A stretch of DNA of 64,000 nt from NCBI RefSeq assembly GCF_009914755.1, contig NC_060930.1. One strand, given 5' to 3'. This document shows, piece by piece, positions 44,456-56,363 of the stretch. Within the stretch, counting starts at the first letter, position 1; each line of letters starts with the position of its first letter. Below the pieces are notes generated by a model. The model searched no databases. It worked only from the letters and a program-made list of their open reading frames with translations, and was not told the origin of the DNA. Source of the DNA: the human T2T-CHM13v2.0 reference genome, Homo sapiens. The position numbers and the translations under genes were made by a program.

Positions 44456-44906
44456 GGGGCTTTTTTGTAAATATGTATTACATCTCTAGAAAAAGAATCC
44501 CAGGATTTTCCCTCCTGTGTTTTTGACTCGCTTCTTCATGGTCCATGACGCCAGCTGCAGTTGTCAGTACAATGAAACCAAACTGGTGGGATGGAAGCAG
44601 ATTATTCTGCCATTTTTCTAGATTTTTAAGTTGGACATCAAATCTGGTGCTGATCACTCCACACTTGTGTAGCCTGCCTGTGAGGTTCACAACAATTTTC
44701 GCAGCTCTGTTATCATCAATGATTTCAAATTCGCCAATGTTATCATGCTTCATCATCACTGTTAGAAACCGGATGCTGACTTTGGAGCATGGCCCAATAA
44801 GAACCTAGCGTTTGCCTCTCTTTTCAGCATTGTTGATGCTCTGGAGAGCAACAGCCAGGATGTCCATGCACACCATTGTGGCAGTGCAGAAAGATGGAGG
44901 AAAGAG
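44456..44906 (-). pseudogene. RPS15A: Processed pseudogene of ribosomal protein S15a (RPS15A/uS8); parent symbol given, pseudogene number not assigned
   Basis: Intronless; 5' TOP-like UTR CTCTTTCC at 44906; ATG at 44876; translates ...[58 protein letters not shown]; premature TAG at codon 24 (44805-44807); 2-bp deletion near the C-terminus (CDS span 391 bp vs 393); native stop at 44486-44488; 3' UTR gatgtaatacatatttaca. Confidence 0.97.
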
Positions 44907-45494
44907 AATACAGGGACATTTTAAAAATAAAATCTATTTTATTCTAAGACAAAATAGGATTCAAAATTATATACTGAAGTACTTCTAATATAATAATATT
45001 TATTACATACAGAAGTAAGTTTTACTTTTTCCCATTTAACAAACATATACAGCTTAACTTACTATTTTAATTATGTAAGAAAAAGCATTATTTACATACA
45101 AATAAATTTTTTAATGTGTTGAATTTGACAGGTATTATTTGTATTAAAATATGGATTGAGAATTAACTATGTTTTGCAGCATCAGAATCTTAAAAATACT
45201 ATAATCACGTATTATTTGGAATTATTGAACTTCACACTAATTATTATTTTTTAAACTTCCGTTCTGCTTCTAAGGACAAGACTAGAGAAATCTGGGGGCT
45301 GCTATTTACATTACGTCTCTACAGATAATGCATTTGGATATGGGCAGTCTTTATTTGCAACAAATGAACAGCCAAATTGGCCATAATCATTGCTATATTT
45401 CCCATATTCATTTGGAAGGACTGAAGACACAGTAATCTATTTTAAGAACCCTGATCACATGAGTGCACCAGACAGGTTCTGAGGCTCCTTTGTA

Positions 45495-45750
45495 GAGAGC
45501 CAGCACGGTGTGATGCTTAGGAGAGGGACCCTGGAGCCAGGTACCTTAATTTAAACCCACCTTCCCTGTTTCCTTGCCTTCCTACTATGCAGCTTTCTAG
45601 TTCTGTGACCTTTCTGCGCCTCAGGTTCCTCGTCTGTAAAATGGGGATAACAACAGTGTCCATCCCATAAAATTGTTAGAGGGATTGAATGAAATAGTAT
45701 TTTAAGGCGATTAGAACAGCACCTAGCACACAATACCTTCTATAGCATTA
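45495..45750 (+). mobile_element. MIR SINE
   Basis: ctgcgcctcaggttcctcgtctgtaaaatggggataacaacag...ttagaacagcacctagcacac. Confidence 0.85.
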
Positions 45751-46129
45751 TTAAATAATCATTTATATTCTCCTTACTAACTCCAATTAAAATTAAAACA
45801 TCAGTGTTTTTATGTCCATTACTTGTATAAATTATGCCCTGATTTCCAAGGGTAAAATGATTCTAAAATGTGTAATGATTACAATTATAGTGTTTTCGTT
45901 TTTGTTTTTTCTGCTAGATGTCCAAACCCCGAGTGGCTGAATCACATGCATGATTATAGAATCTATCAGCCAGCATGCAAATTCTGTCCTTATTTACATA
46001 TGTTCAGGTTCCTTCTACTTTAAGGGAAACTATTTAGATAATTATTTTTAGTTAAAATTGAAACTGACCACCTTATAAAACAGAACCTTCCTGGAACATC
46101 TTTACAAATTCCATAATTTGGAAAAGTGA

Positions 46130-46525
46130 CCAACAGAATCTCTAGGTTTGAAGGCAGCTCATAGAATTTTGGAAAGCCTGATATGATTTTGGCTCAATAT
46201 AGGGAAACATTTTCCATTCCTCAGAATTTATATACTCTGAGGCTTCCCTGTACAGCTGTACAGGCTAGATACTGCACATCTCTAGGCTCCTCAGCCATTT
46301 TCTAAGTGAGTGCTGCCACCAGAATTGTGCAACTGAGCAGCCTGAACACAGCAGTCCCCAAAGGATCCCCTAGGCCATTAGGACCCACCTTGTCCTTCTG
46401 TCATATGCCAATCCTCCTTCCAGTACTTGGAGACAGTGATCATATTATTCCAAGTCTTCTCTTTTCCAAGTTAAACATCGTAACTTTCAACAGTCCTGCT
46501 TCATATGGCATGTTTCCAAATCCTA
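46130..46525 (-). mobile_element. L3/CR1 LINE 3' fragment
   Basis: acagaatctctaggtttgaagg end and cttctcttttccaagttaaacatc...ttcatatggcatgtttccaaatcct are typical of reverse CR1/L3. Confidence 0.6.
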
Positions 46526-48914
46526 AATTTGTTCATTCAACAAACATTTACTGGGTCCCTGCACTGTGTCAGGTGGTGATACCCAGATGAATAAAGCACC
46601 ACCTCTGCCCTCAAAGTCCGTATAGTCTATGCCCTAGCCTGGTGATATCCCCTTTATTTGCCTAGGATAAAACAACATGTTTGGTTGATGAAGTCTGAAT
46701 TGCATCTACTTTTCTCGATTGCCACAGTGTACTGCCAAGCTTGCTCAGTGCCAAAACTCACATAGCCTATGCTTAGCCATATCTTTCCCTGCCTAGGCTT
46801 TTGCAGTTTGGTTTGCAAAGCTTTACAATTTTTCCTGCTGAATTTTATTTTCAACAATTTAGACTACCAAGCCCCAGCTATCAACAATTTTTATACATTT
46901 AATATGTTTGCTTTTATTCCAAATGATATGGCATGTAGTTATCAAATAAAAATGTTGAGCAAGGGGGAGTCTACGATGGAGCCCTGCCATATTTACCCAC
47001 ATACAATCCAGTGGTCCTCAAATTTGTCCACAAGGCTCTCACAAGGAGCTTTTTCAAATGTTTCCCCAAAGTCTCGCTTCTATGTCAATTACATTTCCCT
47101 AATTATTGGTCTAAGGATCCTCTCAAAGGAAAAACTGAAGATGGAAGTAATTGCTTGTTTTTGATGACCCCTATGTTGGTTCTTAATGGTAGCTACTACA
47201 TTCTCCAGGGATTGTTAAACCAGCGTTTCACTTAAAAAAAAAAATCTGAGTATTTGAGGGTGGAGGGAAAAGTACTAGAATTAAGAGCCTTGGTAATGTG
47301 TTTGGAACATCTCCTTTATTCCTCTTAGAAATCAGCCTGGCAACTCCAAATTCTCAGTTTTTCTGTCATCTCTCTTGCTTTCTCGAGATTTCTCCAAGAT
47401 CAAGGATTACAGTTCAGCCATTTCAATTGCAAATCCCTTCTGCAGAAGTAAAGGTCAGGGTAGAACTCTCTAAAGCTGACAGGGAACATCCCTTGCCTCA
47501 GACAAGATCATCCTAATTAATAATAATCACAATAATATTGTGCTCTGCATTTTATCCAGGGACACCTGAACAGCAGAATGCTTTATGAACATTATTTAAT
47601 TAAGTCTTATGACAGTCCCGTGAGGGGAACTGGGAAACTGAGAGATTGGCTTAATCTCTGCCTAGGTAAGGAGACCTGTCAGGAGGAGCAGGGCAAACAT
47701 GCAGGAAGAGACAGGCTGGGAGGTTAAGCAGAGAATGGGGATTGATAGCAGATGTGCATTTAAACCTTTCTAACCATCTATGCACCTGGAGGAAATACCT
47801 ACATCTGAATCCTTCTGAGGTGCTCCTGTGGAGTTTTATGTATGTCACTCCAAAATAATAGCAATAGTCTACATAATTCAGTGATTTTAAATTCACTAAA
47901 GCAAATGCTTGTTAAACAATATTTGCATTTTCTCTCTCTTTTGCTCTCCTCCCTCCCTCTCTGTGGCCACCTCTCTGGGGCTCAAATTTGTCAGCCACAA
48001 GACTGACTGAAGTACAAGCAAGTAAAGCAAATGACCACATTCATTGTCCATGACAAACCCAAACCATATTCCATCACATCCCTGTGGTCCGGAGCCTCAA
48101 GATCTAGCCTGGAGAAAGCTATTTCAGTGTCATCAAGGGCCATTCCATTCTTGCCCCGGAGGGACATGTGACACCCAGTACACTGCATGGACACAGGCTG
48201 GTCTGCCCTAGAAAACTAGATTATTTAAAGGACTCCCCTAAACACCTAAGATAAAAATAGAATAAACAGTCCAACCTTTTTGTGAAACTTCCTTGAGAAA
48301 CAAAGTGTGTGTGATATTGGATACTGACAAAAAATAATAATTTGCATCTTATTATACTTGACTTAAATATAACATATGGATACTATTTTTTTTTCATCAT
48401 GGGGACTTTTGAAATAAAACTATTACCTTCCTGAGAAGTACTTGGTAAACTAAATTGCCTAACTTAGCATACAACCACAAAATCAAGGTGTGTTGAATTG
48501 AATTAAAATAAGTTTAATGAAATGCCCTTTCCCAACGGAGTTTTCTTCCCTGGCACTTCACCACCTCCTAGCACTCACACTTTCAAGAAGTCTCGTAACA
48601 GGGTTCCCTGGTTGTGGTTCTCTTCTCCTGTATCCACACCTCACACTTACACCTCTGTGGACACAATAACATACAAGAGGAGAGCAGAGAAAGGAATAAC
48701 TTGTTATTGAGATAAGCGTCAGCAAATGATCATTTGGATTACTGCATAATCTATGTCAGACGTAAGCCTGGGATGTCATCACCTGCACTTTGTGGGAAAT
48801 TGCCATAATTCTCATTTTCACATTTTCACCATGGAAGGAAGTCAGTACAGCAGGCATCACTGGGCTCAGCACATTTAAAACAGCTTACACCTATTTTTCC
48901 GTTATGAATTCCTC

Positions 48915-49062
48915 ATATATATATTTGAACATGGAGAGAAAAAATACATATACATTTAAATATATATTTAAGACATATATATACATATGCATATATATAC
49001 ACATGCATATGTATATATACACACACATGCATATATATATATACACACACACCCCATATATA
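48915..49062. repeat. (TA/CA)n low-complexity tract
   Basis: seen directly. Confidence 0.8.
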
Positions 49063-49429
49063 TTCTCACCTCATTCATCTACTAGCAACACAGATTGCTT
49101 CAGAGATGAGGAAATGAAATGCTATTTTTGGAGAAAAGACTGATCTTTCATACAGATTGTCCAGAAAATGACCCAGCCTGCCACCCATTCAGACCTCAAG
49201 GCATCCAAGTGCTGCTTTGTTCCAATGCTTACATCTATTCAAAGTTCATACTCCAAGATTAAATGAGCCTCCCTGAGCCAAAAGAAAAGGCTTCACTGGC
49301 ATTGCTGCCGATGCCATTCTCCTTGTGTCTGCCGTACAGGAGAGAAAGAATGAACCTAGGCTTTTCAAAACGGGCTGCCCAATTATATTTTTAAAAAGAT
49401 GTTTTGCTGACATCTAGAGGCATTTGGGT

Positions 49430-49815
49430 AATAACACTTATTAATAATGATTCTTCCCACTTATAGGGCGTCTTGTGTCGCGTGATCCCTCAGCTCTTTA
49501 CACACATTAATTAATTACGCATCACAGCACCCCTGTGAGGTAGAGTAGGTAAGCATTATTATGTGCAAAGGATTTATTGATTTTTCAAAGCAATATATAG
49601 CTGAGGCACAGAGGGGAAAACCATAGGAGCATGAATTAAGGAAGGAAAAAAAAAAAAGACATACAATGAATGTAAAAGAAAACAAATAAAAGTAAAAATT
49701 ACCCCCACTGTGCTCTTTAGAAAGGAATGATTACTTCACAAGTTCTGAGGGCCTGAACATTAACTAATTTGGTTGTTAGCAACTTACGCAAAGGCACATA
49801 GGAAATTGGAGGGAG
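49430..49815 (-). mobile_element. Ancient CORE-SINE (MIR3/MIR1_Amn-like) remnant, possibly exapted
   Basis: ctttacacacattaattaattacgcatcacagcacccctgtgaggtag...ctgaggcacagagg...caaaggcacatagga. Confidence 0.5.
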
Positions 49816-52289
49816 AGAGTCATCGATAAAATTTCCAAGTCTTCCTTTGCAATCCTATTGACAGTGCTCCCAGCGCTTGGTGCTCTTGCATCCTGGGAAA
49901 TCTCAGTAGTCACTGAGGAGCTGTGACATCAGGATGGCCCTAAATTTACGATGGAGGCATATTACATGTTTATGGCAGGGGTGGGGATAGGGATGAGATG
50001 CGGTTGGGATGTGTAGTAAAGGAGGGGGAGAACTACAGCCAAGTTTCTATGCAAAAATATGTTTGGAGGCTGTGGAATTTAAAGTATGTCACTGAGTACA
50101 GCAATATAAATTGACTATCATTTTGAATTCTAGTCTTGTTTTATGGTAGTGGCTCAGCTGCTCTTTTTTAAAGTAGTAACTATGCTAAGTTCTTATTTTA
50201 GGCATAGTTCTTATTTATTTTCATGGAGCTAACACTTCTGGGGCTTACTATTTATTTCTAAACTGAAAGGTAATATTCTACTTAAAAAGAAGAGTGTCAT
50301 AAAATCACTAGCTTGCAGACACCAAGACATGATTAAAAACTCAAGAAACACATTATATTCTTTCTATAAGTTATTGTAATGCTGAGTTTTTATAAGGATA
50401 AAAATAAGTTGCCTTTCAAACAACTTCTTTTGCTCAAAACTTTTATATTCATTGGGTTTGAAAAAAATGTGACAAGAAAGCAAAGTGAACATAGATGGGC
50501 ATACATGGCTCCCAGAGATTTGGAAGTGGCTTATCTTCTAAAGCTGGCACCAAAAAAATAAAATTACAACTTCGCCCTCACCTTCCCATTCACTATTACT
50601 CCTCCTCCACATTCTCAGGCCCATCAAAATATAAGTTTATCACCATAAACAATTACACCTTCATTGTGTCTTCATTGAAAATTAAACGTGCAACCGAGGC
50701 TCAAAATCAGAGAAAAAGCTGTGCTGAGAAAAGCGGGGCCAGTTATAAGAGCCAACCCCTGGGGTGTTTTTCCAGATAGGGTCCCTTCTCCTACACTCTA
50801 TTAATGATGGTTCTGTTTGTGTGTTTCACTTCATACCACCACACCGACAGAAAGTCTGCTGATCTAGATTTATTTGTGTAAAAGCTATTCTTTTTTTCTC
50901 TATTTCATATATGTCTGTTCTATTAGTCATTCACTCCTCAAAACAAAGGACTTGGATCAATTTTCCCCCAAACTTGTAGCTTGGACCAGATGTCCTGAGA
51001 CAGAGAAAATTTTGTTTGAGATAGAGGTGAGGTAAGTCATTTTGAATCATGGGTCACTCTTGGGAGAGGCCAGGCCCCAGTGTTACATAATACTAGGCTT
51101 AAGGCATTTGGGACTTGGCAGGAGGGCTACTGATTAGATGGAAGAAGATGTGCACAGAAAGCGATGGAGAAGGTACCAGATCCAACAATCAATTTCAAAA
51201 TGTTGCCTGGGTGTGTCTCAGGGACTCTGAAGGGGAGAAGAAACTCCTTCCTCTTTCTCTTCCTCCTTCTTTTCCTCCTGCTCTCCCTTCTGCCCTTGGC
51301 TTGTCCTGCTGAACCCAGACATCACATATTTGCCACAACTCAACTATGCTTTGGATTCTTCAGGATCTCACCCAGGAACCCAAGCACTATTAATAATCTT
51401 CTTTCTCAGGGAAAATGTTTTAAAGTTCCAAATCATGTAATAAAAAGACAATTTTGAAAACTGCCCACTTCAAAAATTGGAGACTGCTTCATCCTCAAAC
51501 AGGTAGTGGTAAAACAGCCAAGGAATCACATACCAATCCGTATGGCAGTAGGTTTCTTTTTGTCTCAATGCCTTGCTCAGTTCATGAGTGTTGTAATTTA
51601 TACATTCTATAGTTTAAGATACTTTACCTTCAGGTTTCCTATGTACTCTTTTACTACAAACAGATATGCCACCAAATACCTAAGATGACAACAGTATATA
51701 ACAGGTGAATGTTAACAAATATGTATTTCACTCTTTATAGTTATGTGCCTCCTGGGTTAAGAGCAAGCTGGAGAGTTAAAACATTGTCATGCACTAGTAA
51801 TATGTTCTCATTTGCAAAGAAGCTAGTGGTAGGAAAGAACATGTGTGCGTTTTAAAAATTAAGGGATTTGCAAAAAGACTTTTACTTTTAGGACTTTCAG
51901 CCTTGGAGGGTCATTTTCAGTTCTGTGTTATTTTATGAAAGTTTATTTAATAAAACATTTGGATTTAGTGGGATCTAAACAGAGGTTTAAAAGGACTTTT
52001 TGCTGCTTGGCTTCATCTGCAGTTCAAGGGTTACGTAGGGAAAGAGGAGACACAGAGTGGCAATGTGTTGTTGATTCCACATGTGTGTCAGTGTTGAATG
52101 CAGACATCAGCAAGATTTCTTCCTCATCACTGCTGCCTCTTGCTAAATGTGGAACTCCCACTTTGTTTTTGTGATCACAGCTACACCCAGTTGGTTCACT
52201 TACCTGACCCTAAGTACTAGTCTCTGGTTCAAACGATTAGGACCTTCTTAATTTAAGTGTCTCTCCTTTACCCAAAACTCTTTAATTAT

Positions 52290-52840
52290 TTCACATCTCA
52301 ACAGAGAAAAGCCAAAGTCCTCATCATGGTTGCCATGGTCATACCTGGTCTGTCTCTCTCACCCTCTGACCTCAGCTCCTACACTCTCCATCATTCACTC
52401 CACTCAGAACTCCTTGCCATTCCTTAAGCACTTGAGAAGCACTCCTCCAGCGCCTTTGCACTTGCTGTGTCTTCTCTCCTCTGATTCCCTGAATAGCTAC
52501 AGGGCTCGCCCCCTCAGTTACTTCAGGTCTTGACCTAAGTGTCACCTTCTCTGGGAGGTCTTCCCTTGCCTTCATCTAATTGTTCAATATTCCTTTCCAT
52601 TCCCAAAGCCAGCATGCTTTCTATCACCCAGCCTTGCTTTATTTTTCTTCTTGACACTCTTACAAATGTAATAGTGTTTATATTTTACCCCATTATCTTG
52701 ATTGATCATTGGTATCCCCCAAGGTAGAATAAAAGTTTATAAGGTCAGGAATTGTTGCATTGTTCACTGCTGTATCTACAGGATCTAGAACAGCATCTAG
52801 CACTTAGTAGGTGCTTAATAAATATGTGTTGAATGAATCT
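52290..52840 (+). mobile_element. L2a-type LINE 3' end
   Basis: ends ttgttcactgctgtatctacaggatctagaacagcatctagcacttagtaggtgcttaataaatatgtgttgaatgaat. Confidence 0.85.
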
Positions 52841-53439
52841 TGGGGAAAGGCCTGGGGCTCAAATGTAGAAATTGTTCATAGAGATCTGAGGCATTAATGA
52901 GGGAGCACTGGGCAGTAAGTTTAAGCATAGGGAGAAATTAACTTTCTTTAAAGTGGCCAGTTGAACAAATTGAAATCACAGATGAAATTATGCCATCAAG
53001 CCTTTAATGAAACTGCCACCAGTTCATTTAAGGCCGCCCAGATGATTTCAAAAGGAATGTGGCAGAGTGTGTCTATTTCAGAGTGATGAATGTATGTTCA
53101 ACTGCTAATGTTTCTTTCAGAAATCTTGTGTAGCTTCAGTAAAGCTAATTTATAAACCTTAACTACTGTAGCTAATTTAACTCACTAATTTTAGACATTG
53201 TGTTGAATTAAAATCTGCATTTTATTGTGTATCATTTTGTCTACCGCTAACATTAATATGCGTTTTGTAATGTGGAACTACTAATGTTTTAAATATATAT
53301 TTAGGCTTTCAGAAGCATTTGTGTTAACTAGATTTTTTTTCTTTCATGCATTTTAGTGGATGTCCTGTCAGATCACACATCATTAGACAAAGTTTTACAT
53401 GCTTAAGGCCTGCATGTAGATACTAGACTAGACTACTTA

Positions 53440-53505
53440 AGTCTAGTATCCTTCTTGACTTTGAAAGTATCTTCCACTTCTGAAAGTCAGGAAGGATACT
53501 AGACT
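53440..53505. repeat. Inverted repeat, 23-bp arms (22/23 complementary)
   Basis: agtctagtatccttcttgacttt (53440-53462) / aaagtcaggaaggatactagact (53483-53505). Confidence 0.95.
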
Positions 53506-53939
53506 GAAGGCCTAATAAGAATTCAGTAAACTCTGTCTTTCATTTCTCTCCCCTCATTGGGATGGCAAAAAAAAAAAATGTGGTTTGGGGAAGTATACTG
53601 GTATAGTCAATTGACATCTACATGTGACCCTCAGACTAATGAGATGAGAGCACTAAAGGGGCTGTGTTACCAAATACAAATTTTTAAAAGGTGTCATTGG
53701 CAAACTTAGCTGTCTGTAAGCATTTTTGAAGAGCTGGCTATGTTTTATAATTCTTATTTCTAAGACAATTTAATTTGTTACTACTTATAACCCTATCTAT
53801 GTTGAGAACATGTTTTACATTTTTCACCTGTGTTCAATGTATATTCATTCTTTCTCCCTTGCAAGCTTCTCAAATTCAGGTCAGAAATTTGTCTATATTT
53901 CTCAGTGTTTTACATATGTATATATTTTTATGTATTTTG

Positions 53940-54022
53940 TAGATTTATTGGAATTATATATATAATATTGGTATTTTATATACACATATAATCCATATAT
54001 ATATATAATCCCAATAAATCTA
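53940..54022. repeat. AT-rich inverted repeat, 25-bp arms (24/25 complementary)
   Basis: tagatttattggaattatatatata (53940-53964) / tatatatataatcccaataaatcta (53998-54022). Confidence 0.93.
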
Positions 54023-54524
54023 TATGATATATATATATATACACATTATATATAGAGACATAGATATACTCACATCACTACAAGACTACTATATCCCCAC
54101 AGCAGACTGTTATGTTTCAAGCTGTTTCTACAACTCTTAAACTACCTACTTCTTCATGGAAGGGCAATACCTTTTCACAATTTATTTCCCCCAACTGTGA
54201 GACTGCATGTATGCATTTGATGCTTATTAGTAATAAGGACTTGTACTGTATTATCCATAGTCATAAAAGACTCTTAGACCAAGTTTTGGAAAAGAGTAGC
54301 TCTGTTATTTGCAGGGAACCATAGTTCTCCATTTTTAAAACACAAGAAGGACAAAGAGTAACATTCCCCCCTCCACTTCTCTTAAGCATACTTGACATTT
54401 CCTTTGAGTTAATATCTATAAAGAATCTTTGAGGGACTGCTCCAAGTTTTAGTAAAGTAATGACGACATAAAAGGAAAAAATAATAATAAATAAAAGATA
54501 TGGTTCACAATAGACTTTGCTGGA

Positions 54525-54760
54525 AGACAGGAGTAGTGCAAAGAGCATGAATTTTGGTCAGATAAGCATGGACTTAAATCTTACATCTACTATTGACAAA
54601 CTGTGTCATCTTTGCAAAGTTAACACTTAAGACTACTTTTTGAACTAAGTTCTAGCATACCTATTTTATAGATGAAGAAACAAATACTCAGAGTTTACAA
54701 AAGAAAAATAGGTAAGTAAAGTGTGTAACACACAGTAGAAGCTTGATAAATGTTGTCTCT
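54525..54760 (+). mobile_element. MIR SINE with an internal inverted segment (about 54631-54696)
   Basis: 5' and 3' parts read as plus-strand MIR; the core reads as minus-strand MIR (cctattttatagatgaagaaacaaatactcagag). Confidence 0.7.
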
Positions 54761-56363
54761 CAAAATAACAACAAAAACAAAAATGTTACCCATACTTATG
54801 AAACCTTAGCCATGTTCCCACACCGTGTAGAGTGCTTTATCTGTGTTATCTCACTTAATCGTTACAATAATCCTGTGATTTAAACGTTATCTCATTTTTG
54901 CAAGGGGGAAACTAAGGCTTAGAAAGCTAACACTCACTCCTAACCACTGTGCTTTTCCCTGGGAAAGACCACAGTAGCTGAGCATTTGCCAAGGGCTTCA
55001 TTGCAGCGCCAACTTTGGGATTCAGTTTTCTTGATTTATTAATCGCAGTACGAACCTAAATCCTTAAATTCCCTTTCCACTTCAAAGGGCAATTATGTAT
55101 TGAGTCATCTTTTTAGATATTTCAAAATAAGCCCACTTTTCCTAAGCTTTCAAAATTAAGTGAGGCACATTTTGTTTTGGAGAATCTGAATCATTGGTAT
55201 TTGCCTTCATTTGTAAGTTCGCTTTCCACAGCCAAGGACATTTTTTCCTGAATTTTGTCTTTCCTCAAATGGCAAAAAAATAAGATCTTTGGCCTTATAG
55301 AAGTGACCCATTTAGGTATCTTTCTATGCTACCTATGTAAGACTGTCTAGGAGACCCCCATGTCCTCTCAGGAAGCATCCTCAGTGCCCCTGTCCAGATA
55401 AAATCCTGTCTCAATGCTTTGTAGCAATTCTGATATTCAAATATCCTCAATCATAATGTTGTAAATAGGGTTGGAACAAATGACAAGTGCTGCTGGAGGA
55501 ATTCATGATCTCTTCCTGGTCAGGACTGGGCATTGAGAAGTAGACATTAGCAGATCATGCAGACTTACCAATTGGAAGCCCTACAATTTTGTGAGGATGG
55601 AAACAGCCCCACATGCCTCCAAGCTTAGCACAAAGTCAGGGTAATACCACTGATGTTTACCAGTGGAAGATTGAAGAAATTGGAATAAATGGTGTTGTAA
55701 GTGACTAAGGAACAGTGGTGAGCATGGAAAGAGGAGAGGGACAAATTCTATCTTAGTTACCTATGAAAAGCTTGTTTCTACAAGGTATCACATGACAATA
55801 TGTTTCTCTTTGGAACAAAAGGGAGCTAGCAAGAATGGTTATGATTTGTATAGCAGCTAACAAATGTTTAGTACTTTATAGTTGGCTAATATTTTTCAAA
55901 TTAATTATCACTTTAGTAACTTACAAATGCCCTGTGAGATAGCAGGAATCATGAGAGCAGGAATCATCTCCACTTTACAGATGAGGAGAATGAAAGCTCA
56001 AAGTTAAGGGAATCCATGAGAAGGTTGGTGCTACTCGCAGGCATTATGCAAACATCACCTCCAACCATCATACCTTTGCAAGGTCAGATTCATGGTGTCC
56101 ATTTTCTTGAGGAGGAGGCAGAGAAGTTAAGTGAACTGACTGGAAACGAAGTTGATGAGTGGCAGATGTGGAATCTTAGCACTACCCTGTCTGGCTCCAA
56201 GGCTATTGCATCGTGACAATGCCTTCCCTAGGCCTTTCCTTTCCCTCTTTCTGGTCTACTTAGCTTCTGTGGCTCATATGCCAACCCCAGCAGGCCTCTG
56301 TAAGGCTCATACATGGAAACAGGTAATTTAAAGTACTTAGATGCACATCAAATTGGGTTCCTC

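Noticed and set aside
44478-44759. 93-aa RPS15A-like ORF as a functional CDS
   Set aside because: Upstream nonsense codon 24, C-terminal frameshift and many substitutions in a highly conserved protein; pseudogene.
52198-52206. Isolated consensus splice donors (minus strand 52198-52206 and 41123-41131; plus strand ~51029-51037)
   Set aside because: No convincing partner acceptor could be assigned; such 9-mers occur by chance.
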